A stretch of 62,982 bases of DNA, filler included, from Hausera hauseri (GCA_046269625.1; 13 parts of 13 records of this genome joined end to end with filler, not necessarily neighbours in it), one strand, 5' to 3'; shown: positions 1 to 13,285, numbered from the whole stretch's first letter. Notes: generated from the sequence alone by a model not told the origin. Program-made: numbers and translations.

Positions 1-44
1 TGTTACTGGAACTTTTTCAAGGTCACGTTTACATTTTGATTTAC

Positions 45-231
45 TGTCTTATTATTGAAAGACCTGGTCACGACAGGCAAAATGCAAGGAAATAGAAGTA
101 GTGGGTGACAGAGGATGAATTGCCGGGGTGGTTTGAGTGAATGGCTCGGAATTAAGTCAACAGCAGAGATGATTGCGCGAGAGATTGAGATCCACGACGA
201 CCTAGGCTTCATATCGTGGCAAGATGATTGA
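45..231 (+). mobile_element. 3' end remnant of an RTE-clade LINE
   Basis: Translates as LLKDLVTTGKMQGNRSSG*QRMNCRGGLSEWLG, matching the RTE C-terminal G-K-x-x-G-x-R-x-x-G-R-x-R motif; contains an in-frame stop. Confidence 0.65.
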
Positions 232-1179
232 AAGACCAGTTTCAGTAAGGTCAATCGAAAACTCACAAGAGATCTAATCAACAGGAGGATGTCTGATCAT
301 CAGAAGTATACCCCCTTCGGACAAGTATTTCGGCCCTCGCTTCTTGACACTCTAGGGGTCGGGCCCACCTGGGTCATGACTCCCAGGTGTCGCATCCTGT
401 TGATATTACCAGACCTGTCCTTCCACCTCATATTAAACCAGATGTCCATTTGGATTTGGCGATAACTTGAGAACCAAATTTATCGGGCAAAATCTTACAA
501 CGACCAGCGTTCAGCACTACCCTCCGGGAGGGTTAGTAATAACTGCGGACAACCTTCCGTATCTCGTGAGACTATCGCTACAACCTTCTGTATCTCTCGA
601 GTGTCTGACCCTGCGAATGACACTTCCCGTTTCGTTGCTCGCTGTGCAACTCTATCCATTTCGACAATTTCTTTCTTAATCGGAAAATATTCAATCTCAG
701 GGTAGACTTTCTGTACCCAACTAATAACCAAGAAAAAAAGACCTAACAAATGTAAAAGCTGTTAAGTTTAATATGTTCAGTCTAAAAAACAAAATGTTTA
801 TAAAAGCTAAACAATAAACATGTAATGCTACGTTAAACACTTAAAAAACTTCACAGTAAAAATTACATTGGGGACTCTGAAAGAAATTACAACTTAATAA
901 GGTGGACGAGTCCAGAAAAAAAAAGTCTCACACCCGAGAGTGACGACTGAGGTAGGTCTAAAACCCCTGCACCATGAAGCAAGGGCAAAAAACACTTGCT
1001 TACAAGGGGGTATTCATATAACGATTACTTATCATCCTGACTGCTATGATTAGATATCATCCTAGTTGATATGCTGTCTTCTGAATTTTCTTTTTATGTT
1101 CAACGATGTCAATTTATTCTCTTATCTGAAATTTTCCTTTGAGATTTCCATGAATTCTTGAATTGCCATTACGGCTTCT

Positions 1180-1307
1180 TTTGACCGACCGCTAACCAAA
1201 GGCAAACTGGCAGACAGGGGCCGGGATGACCGGCACACCGGTCTAGCGGCACCACATGATGGACCGGTTGCCAAAATGATGGCGACACCCATAACCGCGG
1301 CACCACG
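1180..1307 (-). mobile_element. 5' head of a Gypsy-family LTR
   Basis: Reverse complement (C)GTGGTGCCGCGGTTATGGGTGTCGCCATCA...GCTAGACCGGTGTGCC aligns with 43191-43320 and with the post-PPT sequence at 24476. Confidence 0.7.
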
Positions 1308-1929
1308 TTATTATCAAACTTTAAATACGTATAAGTTGTTAACATTTCAATTTATAATTATCAAATATGAAAAATAAAGGTTACTATTAAAACATGGACG
1401 GACGAGATATGCTTTCGTAACTTAAAGTAAATTTTATTTAAAATTCAAAACGTAACTATTAGTTTAACAATATATTCTGAGAATTTTAAAATTTTACCAA
1501 ATGGTTGGTTCAAATTCAAATTTAATTCGAGTAGATGAACTAAAAATTTAAATTTAATTTGAACTTCATAAAATTACAATAGAACTATCATTGTAGTGAT
1601 CAATTTCCAACCGTGAAAATATTCGTGCATATAGATAGTACCATAAGGATTTCGTTTCTGCAATCAGAAAATGCTGAGGATAAAAATCAGAAGAATGGTG
1701 AGTCAATCAATAATTCACGGATTCTGTGTCAGACAACCAAAAAGTAATACATTTTTGCTCAATTTTGCTTGGATTTTTGTATATCCTCTGACACACAAAT
1801 GAGACATACGTTCTATTACTGTTAATAAATACTTCCATATTTATCCAATAAAGATAAGAGAAATAAATTATCAACATAATTTATTCATCATTTGATGCTG
1901 TATATTCAAAGAATTCATGAAAGCAAAAT

Positions 1930-3198
1930 ATGTCTATTGTAAAACGTGATATTCAAAATTCGATGTATAATTCCATAGAAATATATCTTCTTATGGATTC
2001 AAACTACAAGTGTCCAGCGCAAGACTGTAAAATTGTTAAATGTGTTGATGGTAAAGAAATCCACATGGTCAAAGAAGAAAACAAAATGTCAAAAATTGAA
2101 TATCTTTCATGTGAACCACCAAAGTTCTCTTGTACTGTGTGTTTTAATTTTAGTTCCAGTAAGAAAGAAGAGTTAGAAACACATTTGTTTACAAATCATT
2201 TTGGTGTCAAGATGGTCAATTGCATTTATTGTTGTGTCAATATACAACTTGGGAAATATGCAGAACATATAGAAAGTCATTTTTTACATGAAAGTAGTCA
2301 TGCGTATAAATGTTTGTTATGTAATGATGATATTGACGTAAATAAAAAAAGCAATATTGTAAATCACATGACTGAAAAACATGCCAGTTGTATCCAATGT
2401 CCCATATGTTTATCGGAATTTTTAGAATATGCCGACCTTAAATGTCACATTGGTATCTATCGTTCAACTCTTTACCACTGCAAGAACAAAGACTGCATTG
2501 TTAAATCTCACAACAAAGAAAATTTTGAAGATCATATGAAATCCGAAGAACATGACCCACAATTATTTATTGAAGAAATTTATATGAGATGTTTAAACAG
2601 AAATGATGAATATAACTGTTGTGAATATACAAAAGCCTGTAACGTTATTCATACTGCTAATCCTAAAGAGGAATCTACAAATTCTCCATTATCAAGTATT
2701 AATTCTGCGAATGACTTTTTATTAACGTATCCTTTAACATATTCCAGAACCGTTTTGGAACGCGCTGCTGTCAGAAGAAACTATAATGATATTACCGATG
2801 TAAAAAACAAAATGGATGAATTTGAAAAGTACTCGTTCATATTGGATAAGTCAAAAGATAAAAATGTTTATCATTGCAGTGCATGCACATTTAGGTCGAG
2901 CGCGTCAGTAACGTACGTCCAAGAACACATTCTTTCCAGTCATTGCGGTATTTCGTGGAGTACAGTCAAATGGTGTCTATTTGCCACAAAGTTAAATAAT
3001 CATTATAAGCTGTGCTCGGATGAAGAATTGATTTATGCGATGGATAATTATCAGCCAAAAGTTTCTCCAACTAAAAGATATTCGGGTGATGTAAATTCAA
3101 CTCAAAGTGCAAGAAAGCTATGCAAACGAAAGTTGAGTGAAATGAAAACAGTTAAAACTCCAAGAACAAAAATAAGTAAAAAACGAAAGCTAAATTAA
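1930..3198 (+). CDS. Intronless multi-C2H2 zinc-finger protein (422 aa) with basic C-terminal NLS-like tail
   Basis: Repeated CxxC...HxxxH units (CTVC..HLFTNH, CIYC..HIESH, CLLC..HMTEKH, CKNKDC..HMKSEEH, CSAC..HILSSH); ends in KKRKLN; intact frame. Confidence 0.8.
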   Translation: MSIVKRDIQNSMYNSIEIYLLMDSNYKCPAQDCKIVKCVDGKEIHMVKEENKMSKIEYLSCEPPKFSCTVCFNFSSSKKEELETHLFTNHFGVKMVNCIYCCVNIQLGKYAEHIESHFLHESSHAYKCLLCNDDIDVNKKSNIVNHMTEKHASCIQCPICLSEFLEYADLKCHIGIYRSTLYHCKNKDCIVKSHNKENFEDHMKSEEHDPQLFIEEIYMRCLNRNDEYNCCEYTKACNVIHTANPKEESTNSPLSSINSANDFLLTYPLTYSRTVLERAAVRRNYNDITDVKNKMDEFEKYSFILDKSKDKNVYHCSACTFRSSASVTYVQEHILSSHCGISWSTVKWCLFATKLNNHYKLCSDEELIYAMDNYQPKVSPTKRYSGDVNSTQSARKLCKRKLSEMKTVKTPRTKISKKRKLN

Positions 3199-3399
3199 AA
3201 TTGTGATGATCATAAAAGGCCATTGTTAGTCTACGTCAAACGCCAATTGATACAAAATGGAAAGGGTATTCTTAAATTCGCAGCAATTAAAGAAATAAAA
3301 TAGTAAAATAATTTCCGTTGAAATACTAAATATATTTTCTATTTCTGTTTTCGATTATCTTTTTTTGTTTAATTAAAGCACAAACTAAATTAATATTAA

Positions 3400-4540
3400 A
3401 TTAAATTAATAATCAATATTAAGGTAAAATCTGTATTAATATTGGAACTTTTAGTGCGAGACTTGAATATTAGGAGAATTTGTCTTTTCTAAAAGTTGAA
3501 TTGGTTTTATTTGGATTGTATTTTGTATTATATTTGTATTATATAGAAGTAGTAATTAAAGGAATTAAATCTGCTAATGGAAAAATAGCACCTTCTTTCT
3601 TCTATTTTTCTTTAACATCACTAATAATTCTTTACTAATATAATATTTATTATTATTAATTTTTACAGTTTTGAACTTGTATTATTAATAATTTCTCTGA
3701 GTTGTTTTTTAATTTCACTCATTTTTAAGTGCATAATTTTAATCACAGAAGAGGTAACTTGCTAAAAGTCACTGTTTTTCAAAACAACAAAATAGTTAAT
3801 TTCAAACATGTGTTTCACCTTTTACTGGTTCAATAACCGTAATCTGATTTCCATATAAATTCCTTTTAGTTTTACATTCTTCTAATATTAAAACACATTC
3901 GTGGATTAAAATTAGTATCTTTTGTTAAAATGAATTTATGGCCAAGTTATCATCTGAATCACTAGTATCAATACAAAATACAGAATATAAATCTTTCCAA
4001 TCTCGTGCATTTAACTGTGCTTCAACCTTAAACTTTTTACATAATTTAACATATTCTTGGTAAGGAAATGTTATTCTTTGTTGCATCAAACCAAATTGGA
4101 TAAATTGGATAATAAATGTTATTCAATCGACTTTTAATTGATTTTAATTTATTAACACCTACTGGATTACCAACATCTTGTTTTTGAATAAATTTCTCAT
4201 TATTAATATTAAACTCATTATTTGTATTTTTGAATCCAATTATTATACAACGTGGTTTGTATGCCAAATTTCGTATTGAGTTAGAATAAAGTGTTCCTTC
4301 TAGAATGATATGTTCAAAATTTATTGTGTTTAGGTAATCAACATAAATTGGTTTATTAGTTGTTAATCTGTTAATTCATGAAACTTCTGATTTTGGATTC
4401 AATGTTAAAGCAGGAATCTATAATTCTAAATTTGTTAATTTTAGCTTTGCATTTGCTTTTGCTGTATTATCCTCTCCATAAAATATAAACTTATCATCTA
4501 TTTGTCTGCTTAAATGTAATTCAATATATGTGTTATGAAT
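3400..4540 (-). pseudogene. Decayed Polinton/adintovirus major capsid (double jelly-roll) C-terminal part, plus a small downstream Polinton ORF
   Basis: Fragments LKLTNLEL*IPALTLNP, KPRCIIIGF and LNARDWKDLYSVFCIDTS resemble Polinton MCP. Downstream KEGAIFPLADLIPLIT resembles the Polinton 'GG-FL' small protein. Many stops. Confidence 0.6.
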
Positions 4541-4589
4541 TATCCTATTATAAATTTTCAAAAATCTAACTAAATATTTCAATTCAAAA

Positions 4590-5265
4590 AGTTCGGTAAA
4601 TTTCTTAGTTTTATTGTATAATTCCAAATTTTATTTGGAATTCTTTGATCATTTTCAAATATTAGTTCAAATGATTTTCTTAGTGCTTATTGGGTTTTAT
4701 TTTGTATTGGAATTGCCCATCCCTATCTGGTGTATAAATCTATCACTACTCATATATATTTAAACTTTTTTTCATCTGTTGATTTGTTTGGCATAACTGC
4801 TAAATCTGCTGCCCATGTTTCGTATTTTTCATAAACACGAACTTTTAGCCATCGTTTTGGTCTTCTGTATTTATGAAGTAGCTCGTTTGCAAATTGTTTT
4901 TCATCATCTGTCAAATCCGGAATGGTCTTTGTTTCACATTCTTTGTAATCATCTGGATTTTTGTAAAGGTTTTCAATTGTTGTGGATTTTGCTAACCTAG
5001 CCAGCCCTTCACCATTCATCGAAATTCCATTTCCGAAAAGCAGCTTGCTTTTCATTATGAGTTTTACAAAAGCTCTTTCAATTTTTTCTCTTATTGAAGG
5101 ATTTGGAATATTGTTTAATTTATGACTCATTTTCACATCTGCAGTGTGCCGGCCTGGCATATCCTCAGAACGATATGCAATATAATGCCTTAGTGCAGCA
5201 GTATCTACTCGATTTATTGGTTTTGACCATTCATGTGGTTGATCATTTTCATTTAATCTAATATC
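4590..5265 (-). pseudogene. Polinton PLA2-like domain fused to retroviral-like (RVE) integrase N-terminal half, decayed
   Basis: One open frame reads RLNENDQPHEWSKPINRVDTAALRHYIAY (parvovirus-type PLA2 D-x-A-A-x-x-H-D-x-x-Y, with D>Y). It continues ANELLHKYRRPKRWLKVRVYEKYETWAADL...YI*VVIDLYTR*GWAIPI (integrase core). Confidence 0.75.
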
Positions 5266-5549
5266 TTACCTCGTTACACTTAAGATACTCTAGCACATCT
5301 TGGTAATTTATGAAGAATTCCGTGTTGCTGTAAAAATTGCACTCTTGCTTTATCGTACGTTTCTGTGGACAAATTCAATAAATTCATATCAATATGTAAG
5401 TACTTTTATTCGCACGTGATGTTTGATGTTTCGTTTGTAAATAGAATTAGGTCATCATTGTGTGGAAAATGCTTATGTTGCCCACTGACGCGTCCATGCC
5501 GTCCATACCGTCGTCCAGCTTGAGTAAGATTGGAAAATTCCCGCCTCCT

Positions 5550-5649
5550 NNNNNNNNNNNNNNNNNNNNNNNNNNNNNNNNNNNNNNNNNNNNTTAATTA
5601 ATTAANNNNNNNNNNNNNNNNNNNNNNNNNNNNNNNNNNNNNNNNNNNN
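5550..5649. other. Artificial contig-joining spacer N44-TTAATTAATTAA-N44. Also at 10229, 14704, 19425, 26797, 30859, 34858, 39786, 45437, 50172, 54481 and 58935
   Basis: Identical 100-nt structure 12 times; the core gives stop codons in all six frames. Confidence 0.98.
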
Positions 5650-6062
5650 CTCTTCTTCACCTCTTTTCTGCACTGTCCATTGCTCTGGATGGTTGACCCC
5701 AGATATTTGAAGTCTTCCACCTTTACCACCTCTACTCCTTGCATCTTTACCTTTCCATCTGCCTCCCTCTCATTCACACACATGTATTCTGTCTTATCTC
5801 GACTGACCTTCATTTCTCTTCTCTCCAGTGCAAACCTCCACCTCTCCATGTTTTCTTCCACCTGGTCTCTACTCTCACCACGGATTACAACGTCATCAGC
5901 AAACATCATAGTCCACAGGATTCCTCTCTGACCTCACCTGTTAGTCTGCCCATCACCAGAGCAAACAAGAAGGGGCTCAGAGTCAGTTCTTAATGCACTT
6001 CCACCTCCATTTTGAAGCTTTGTCACTCCTACAGCACATCCCATCACTGTCCTGCTGTCTTC
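5650..6062 (-). mobile_element. RTE LINE reverse transcriptase fragment (Rex3/Expander-like)
   Basis: MMFADDVVI catalytic motif and FKYLGS domain-7 motif. Confidence 0.9.
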
Positions 6063-6989
6063 ATCACGTAAAAGGAAAACGTCGGGAGAACGGAACGCCG
6101 AGTGTTCGCGGACGAAAGGCTGCAAACAGAATAGCGGGTAAGTCTGTTTACATCCGCCTCTCTGTCTTCGTGCCTTGTGACGGGTTTCCTGTTCCGGCTC
6201 TCCATTCTTATCTCGACCAGTGAAATGTTTTTGTAACATAAACCCAAAGCAGGAGCAACTCCAACCTGGTGTTTAACAGTTGAAGAATTGTTTGTTATAA
6301 AACTATGCATTTATTTTTTTCTTTGGACACACATTTGTTCAAAGCAAAAAAAAAAAAGAGAGAATTCTAAATTTTACTACTGCTTGTAGGGATTATTTTA
6401 AAAACGTTAAACTGCATTATTTTGTGCCTTCCAAATGAAGCAGTTGTTATAAGATATTACAACACCCCTTCTTTGATTCTGTCAAATATTTTTAAGGTCT
6501 TTGAAGTCAAACATACGTTTAATTTTTCTTGCATTTTTTTAATGCAGGTCTTTTAGAACGTTTTCTTTTCCCTTCAAAAACTCTGATTTTTTTTGACATC
6601 AACATTTTTTAATCTCAGTATACAGCTGATTGTTCTTTCAAATGAATGCTGTAAACAGACCTTTGAGGACATTAGCTGAAAAACTCCACAGTTTTGGGTA
6701 ACAGACTTTTGATTGAGCAAAATATTCTCTTGTCTGTCTAAATTGTACAATTGAAATAAATAATGCACTAATCCTGTCTTAAAAATCTTACCTTCTACTA
6801 CAGGGTGAAAACTCTGTAAATTTTTCTCTCTCAGTCTCAGTCATATCTAGAAATATACATGTTAGGTTAATTGGAGATCTAAATTGGCTTTAGGTGTGTC
6901 ATATCTGGTACTGATATTTTACCCAGAGTTCAGTGCATCAAACTAAAAAAGTAATAATAATTAAACAAACATCTCTCAGGGTTGCAGGG

Positions 6990-8370
6990 AGCTGGTGTTT
7001 CTCTTTGCTATGCGATTAGCCTCCCAGTACTCCTGCCTACTTTGTTCATCTCTCTGATTATCCCACTTTCTCTTAGCTGCCTTCTTCTTCTGGATGCTCT
7101 CCTGGACTTCCTCATTCCACCACCAACTGTCCTTGTCTTCTTTCCTCTGACCGGAAGAAACGCCCAACACCTTTTTGCCAGTTTCTCTCACTACCTTAGC
7201 TGTACTTTCCCAGTCCTCAGGTAACTCTTCGCTGCCACCCAGGGCCTGTTGCAATTCTTCACTGAACTGCCTGCAACAATCTTCCTTCTTCAGCTTCCAC
7301 CATTTAATCTTTGGCTCTGTCTTCACTCTCTTCCTCCTCTTTGTTTCTAATCTCATTTTACAGACTACCATCCTATGCTGCCTTGCTACACTCTCCCCTG
7401 GCACCACTTTACAATCTCCAATCTCTTTTAGGTGGCATCTCCTGCTAAGGATATAATCCACCTGTGTGCACCTTCCTCCACTCTTGTATGTCACCCTGTG
7501 TTCCTCACTCTTCTGAAAATATGTGTTCACCACAGCCATTTCCATTCTCTTTGCAAAATCTACAACCATCTGTCCTTCTGTATTCCTGTCTTTCACACCA
7601 TACCTACCCATCACTTCTTCATCTCCTCTGTTCCCTTCACCAACATGACCATTGAAGTCTGCTCCAATCACCAATCTCTCCTCTCTGGGGACACCTTCTA
7701 CCACTTCATCCAGCTTACTCCAAAATTCCTCTTTCTCCTCTAACTGACAACCAACCTGTGGTGCATACGCACTGACAACATTCAAAATGACACCATCAAC
7801 TTCCATCTTCAAGCTCATGATCCTGTCTGACACTCTCTTCACATCCAGAACACTTTTAACAAACTGTTCCTTTAAGATGACCCCTACTCCATTTCTCTTA
7901 CTATCTACACCATGGTAGAACAGTTTGAATCCACCTCCAATGTTCCTGGCCTTGCTTCCTTTCCATCTGGTCTCCTGAACACACAAAATATCTACCTTCC
8001 TTCTCTCCATCATGTCTGCCAGCTCTCTGCCTTTACCAGTCATTGTCCCTACATTCAGGGTCCCTACTCTAACCTCCACACTCCTGCCTTTCCTTCTCTC
8101 TCGCTGCCTTCTAACACGTCTTCCTCCTCTCCTCCTCGATGGTCTTCGACCAACAGTAGCCCAATTTCCACCAGTACCCTGCTGGTCAACAGCACCGGAG
8201 GCGGTCGTTGTTAACCCGGGCCTCTACCGATCCGGTAAGAAAGTCATAAATTTTGTGATCCGCATGTTTGTTTTGGCACAAGTTTTACGCCGGATGCTCT
8301 TCCTGACACAACCCTCACCATTTATCCAGGCTTGGGACCGGCACAAGAAGTACACAAAAGAGCACCCCCA
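6990..8370 (-). mobile_element. RTE LINE 5' part: 5' UTR and AP-endonuclease ORF (6976-8079), 3'-truncated; teleost Rex3/Expander-like
   Basis: GTLNVGT, ILCVQETRW, GVGV, SAYAPQ, GADFNGHVG, QVDYIL and HRMVV are APE motifs. Confidence 0.93.
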
Positions 8371-11300
8371 ATGACTGGTTTACAATAAATAAATACATGA
8401 ACAGTCATGACAAAAAACATCTTCATAAATAAGAAATTGTCCTGAGTGTCCAACCAATCACATACAAATATCACTAATGATGTAAAAAATCTACTAACTG
8501 TTCTTTTTATCACCATCAGTACCACATAAAAGAATTTAGACAAAAATCTGTAAATACAATTCAGAACAATTTTATACAATTTAAAATTGTTTCTCTAGTA
8601 ACCTTCTAGTGAAATTTGTTGTTCTACTTGTAGCAATTAATTTCTATACCTTTGTACCACTGAACTAGAGAAACACTTGAATGGCCAGCCCTTGTACAAT
8701 CTATGCAAGTGAGATGAGAGTTTGTGCTACCATTTTGAGAAGTTACCCATGTAGTAACATGTTTTGCTATTAATTGCTTTAATTATTGGAACCAACAGTT
8801 CAAAGAAAGTAGCATTATGTTTTATCTATGAGTATTATTTCACATTAGTTCATATAGTAAATCACTGAAAACATAACCTTTTCAGGTTTTGTTTTCTGTC
8901 TTTTCCATTGGTTTTTGAAAATGCAAATAGAAAATACTTCCTTATCTGTGCTAAAGTGACAAATTACACATTTATAATAATTAAAGGAAATTTCTACCTT
9001 CCAAAAACACAATTAATGATATTGATATTATTTTATCAGTCCTGATGTTCACTCAGTTTCCAAACTTGATTTAGTCCAGAATACAGTAGGTCAGAACTGT
9101 AGTGTGCTGACAGACAGGACAGAAAACTCATCTGTTTGATGGAACTGTTGGTTCCATCAACAAAGTTGTGTGGATTGCTGTTCTCTGTCCTGTACCCAGA
9201 CTGCATTACCGTTTAAAATTAGTAATATATTGCATGCTTTCTTACCAAAGCCCCACCATAAACATAAGAAAATTACCAAAAAGCAAAAGAACTTGCAATC
9301 CGCAACAACTTTTAATTTTTAACACCATGAGTCAAAAGTCTGTTTCAACAAATCACCTCCCCAAACTGCAATAATATGTGCTGTTCTGTGAAAGTATTTT
9401 GTTGTGCCAGTTGTTGGTAGTGTCATGCAAGAATGCTTCATGTTAGTACTGGAATGAATTCTGAGACTAACTTGCGCTTTAGCTTTCACTAAGTTTCCTG
9501 GGCGTATGTACTTTTGAACCTGCAGAGCTAAATTATTTGACAAGTGCAAAATTTGGCAACTAAATTTTGACTCAGCGTTGGCCCCACTGATTACCGTCTT
9601 GAGAAAACCTCATCAGAAATTAGCCCTTTGGTAGAATTTTTCTAAGCTCATGTCTTTGTGCAAATTTGCAGCACAAGAAACAAAAAGCATCCTTGATCAC
9701 AAGCTGGGGATGTAAAAGAGCATCCTCTCTCTGTGTTGGGTTACAACAAACTAATATTTGCTCTGATTTAATTAGTGTGTTTTATGTTTCAACGTTAGGA
9801 AAATGAGGAAAAATCCAGGATAATATGGTGTAGACGTAGAAAAAGAACACAAAGTTAAAACACAGATTTTCAATTTAGAAGCTGCTGCTCTCAGAGGAAA
9901 GACTATTAAATATGCAATTTCAAGTCAGCACCAGTAATGAGAAAGATTTATTTTACATATTTACACTGCTCTATTTTCTCCACCGTATAGTGGTAGTTTC
10001 ACGAAGGAGTGTTTTCATCTTGGTTTCTGTGGCACTATACAGAACCCCAACTATAATTTCTTGCCCTTTTTTATTATTGAGACTCACTTCAAGAGCATGA
10101 ACCTGAAGACAACCATCTTTTTCATCAACTTTTCAAAAAAATCCATCCTAAGAACTTTAGAAAACTGTTAAAAATGGAAGAAATAAGTCATTTTGGGTCA
10201 GATATAGTTACTAATTTTGACCCAATCANNNNNNNNNNNNNNNNNNNNNNNNNNNNNNNNNNNNNNNNNNNNTTAATTAATTAANNNNNNNNNNNNNNNN
10301 NNNNNNNNNNNNNNNNNNNNNNNNNNNNTCATTCTTTTGTCTAAGGATAGTAATCCTATCGTTTACGGTATTGGCATTTTTGTTTGACATTTTGTTTTCA
10401 TCTATAAGTCGTCACTAACTTTAAATGCTGGATAGAAATTTGAATAGCAAGGTGGTGGACTTATTTCATATGATTCTAGTAATTTTCTGGTTACTGGGTC
10501 TACAAATTTATACTCGCCTTTATATTCTGCTCTTAATTCATTGATGCAGTTCTCATGGGATACTATTGATGTCACTTGTACTGAGCATGTATATACGTGA
10601 AGTATTTCTCATTTACCTCTGACGAATGTTTCAAGTCTATAAGCCAAAATAGTTGCTATATGTTCTGGGAATTCTTTGACTAGTATTAATTCAAATTGAT
10701 TTAATTTTTGTGTAATTTTAAAATCTCGTAATACCATCTGTGGGCTCAATATAACCAACATAAAATTCAATAAATTTATTAAAATTTCAAAAAAAATTAC
10801 TTTCGTTTCTATTCATTTAGTTTCATAAAACAAAACATCAAAAACCTAGATAACAGTTATTACAATATTGCACGTATTGACATATTCCAGTACGGCACAA
10901 AAGCGCAAACCCCAAGGAAATCTGAACAAAACTGATGACACTGACACCTTCTCGAGTGCAAAATAACGCAAGTTGCTTCCCAGACACATTTCAATGTTGT
11001 ATTTACCGGAATTGAACGTTTCACAAATTCAATTTCTTTCACTGGTACAACATTATGGTAAAATAATTTAGAATAATGCACTCCTAAAGAAATTAATTAT
11101 GACACATTGAAAATCCTCTATACCCAAAATCAGAGAAGAAAGTTGTACTTTGATGAAAAATATAATCCATAACATCGGTAATATTTTCAATATTTAAATC
11201 TGAAGTTCAAAACTAAGAAATAAAGTTTAAATTTTCCTAACAGCATGCAGTTTTTACGATGCTTTGACGACACACATACGTTTTACGTACATGCATGTAC

Positions 11301-12413
11301 TTTAAAATATTGAACAGCATATGAAAGTCAAGATATGCACATATCCTTAAGTCTAACAGTAATGAATCCGTGACTTATTAGTTAATACAAAACTTTTTAA
11401 AAAGGATGGTAAGCCTATACAAAAGTAATTTTGTTTGATAATTAATAAATGTTAATATAAATACCTAATACTATTTGTTTTAAAATCTGCACAAATTATG
11501 GTATGTGACATGCACAGTCTGATCTAGGATTCCGAAATTTAATCTATGTAAATAAACAGTGTTTTAGTTTTTCACTGATTATCGTGTACACAGTCTGTCG
11601 CCTACTCGGTGTACCACTGGGTGATTTTGATGAATTTTGAAGTTTTATCTCGTGGAAATATTTGAAAAAACTTATCCATGTAGTATCAGCTTTTCACAAA
11701 ATTCTCTGTAATATAAATTTTTAAAATACTTTTTTACATACTTAATTACATGATTTAGACGTGTTTCAAAGTCATTCATGGTTTCCTTAAGGTGTTTGGT
11801 ATTATTCACTTGATTTGTAATTGGACGGATTCTTTTAATTTGATGATGTAGAATGTCCTTTTTTGAAAATGTTGACTTTCAGGTATCCCCATATAACTAA
11901 TCACAAGGATTAAAATCAGGTGAATAAATATACAATTTTTTCATTCAGTAGATTTCTCCTAGTCCATGTAACTTGGGTTTTACCCACGAGTTTAAACAAT
12001 TTATTTAAATAACATATTAGAGTAATAAAATGTTATTCGTGTATTTGCTTTGTACTCTGGGTGGTTTTCTTATAATTACTAAAGCCCGTAGTCATCGTGT
12101 CAATACGGAGAGCTCTTCGTTCTTTGTGGCTTGTCTGACTCGTTAACATAAAACTGTTGCCATGGAGGTTGCAAGAATATTTGCAAATGATACATCTTAT
12201 GTAACATAAAAATGAATTAAAAATCTAGTGAGTTCTCTAAGGTGGTTCAGCTGGCATTAAAGACAACCTACACCCAATAAATTTCTCTAAACTTATTCAA
12301 TACCTTTATCTACAATTATTAACTGACTTAGAGATAAATTAAAGTATATAAACCCATATCCTTGAGAGAGCATATAATCAAAATTTTCCTAAAATTACTA
12401 TTTAAGTCTGCAC

Positions 12414-12510
12414 TGTGGTACCGGCGTCGAATGTTGACCTCCTGCTCATTCGGTTGGGCACGGTCGGGTTTTTCGCCGCCGGCGCGTCGGGCGCATAGGC
12501 GAACCCTGAT
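12414..12510 (+). mobile_element. Probable LTR 5' head (TGTGGTACC, GC-rich)
   Basis: Abrupt GC-rich island starting TGTGGTACC; resembles the heads at 26100 and 42987. Confidence 0.45.
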
Positions 12511-12699
12511 TTTCTGCGTTGGAAGAAAATAAAAGCTTACAAAATTACGGATCTGGCCGATCCACTTCTTTCAACAAACATGCATACGCTAATTTGATTC
12601 AAACTCAGTCCGATATATCAAGTCACAAATATCAGAATGCATTTTGGTCTTCAAATAGGTTCTGTTTCCGCCGATTCGTCACCACAGTCTGTCAAGTCG

Positions 12700-13285
12700 T
12701 ACTCATCTGGTCGAGTAGTGTCATCATCGTTCACCAGAATATACAAATAAAAATTCGTTTGAAACGAAAAATTTGGCATTTTATTCCACCAAGGTAGTCG
12801 AAGGATCCTGTAAAGAAGTTGTTATTGCGATAGGAAATGCCACGGTAATCGGCAGAATAACGAATGTAGCGAATAGCTTGGACATGAAAATGACACCGAT
12901 TGTCAAAGAGATCAACTTATTCATTTACATAATAGAAATTATTTTGTCATTGATATTTATTATTTTAGTTTTCATTCTTGGCCACTATTTTGATTTGTTT
13001 CACATTGATTGCACGTCGTATGGCAAAGAAAACTGTTGGGTCAAAAAAAATCTTGAAGTTGTTGAAACCCTTGGATCGACTAGTGTTATTTGTTGTGACA
13101 AAACCGGTACATTAACCATCAATATGATGACTGTCTCCAATGCCTGTATTGACAATGCTGAACACCGTGTGCAATTGTTGGAAATGAAATGTAAAACAAC
13201 ATTGATACAAATCGTCCCACATAAAAAATTCTTTGTCGAGCAGCACTGTTGTGTAGCCATTCAACGTTATTCCCGTCGAAAATGA
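12700..13285 (+). pseudogene. Na+/K+-ATPase alpha subunit (P-type IIC) fragment with internal deletion
   Basis: RSPEYTNKNSFETKNLAFYSTKVVEG...TVIGRI...TPIVKEI...KNLEVVETLGSTSVICCDKTGTLT. The M4 PEGL segment is missing and the similarity breaks off after the phosphorylation motif. Confidence 0.85.

Noticed and set aside
230-305. Hammerhead ribozyme (CTGATGA...GAAA on the minus strand)
   Set aside because: Stems I-III could not be formed convincingly around the core.
395-412. Primer-binding site (TGGTAATATCAACAGGAT on the minus strand)
   Set aside because: Not preceded by a clear CA LTR end and no confident tRNA match.
6982-8374. Plus-strand ORFs over the RTE endonuclease
   Set aside because: Antisense shadows of the LINE ORF.
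8270-8375. HDV-like ribozyme at the RTE 5' end
   Set aside because: RTE 5' ends can carry one, but I could not assign a complete nested double pseudoknot by eye.
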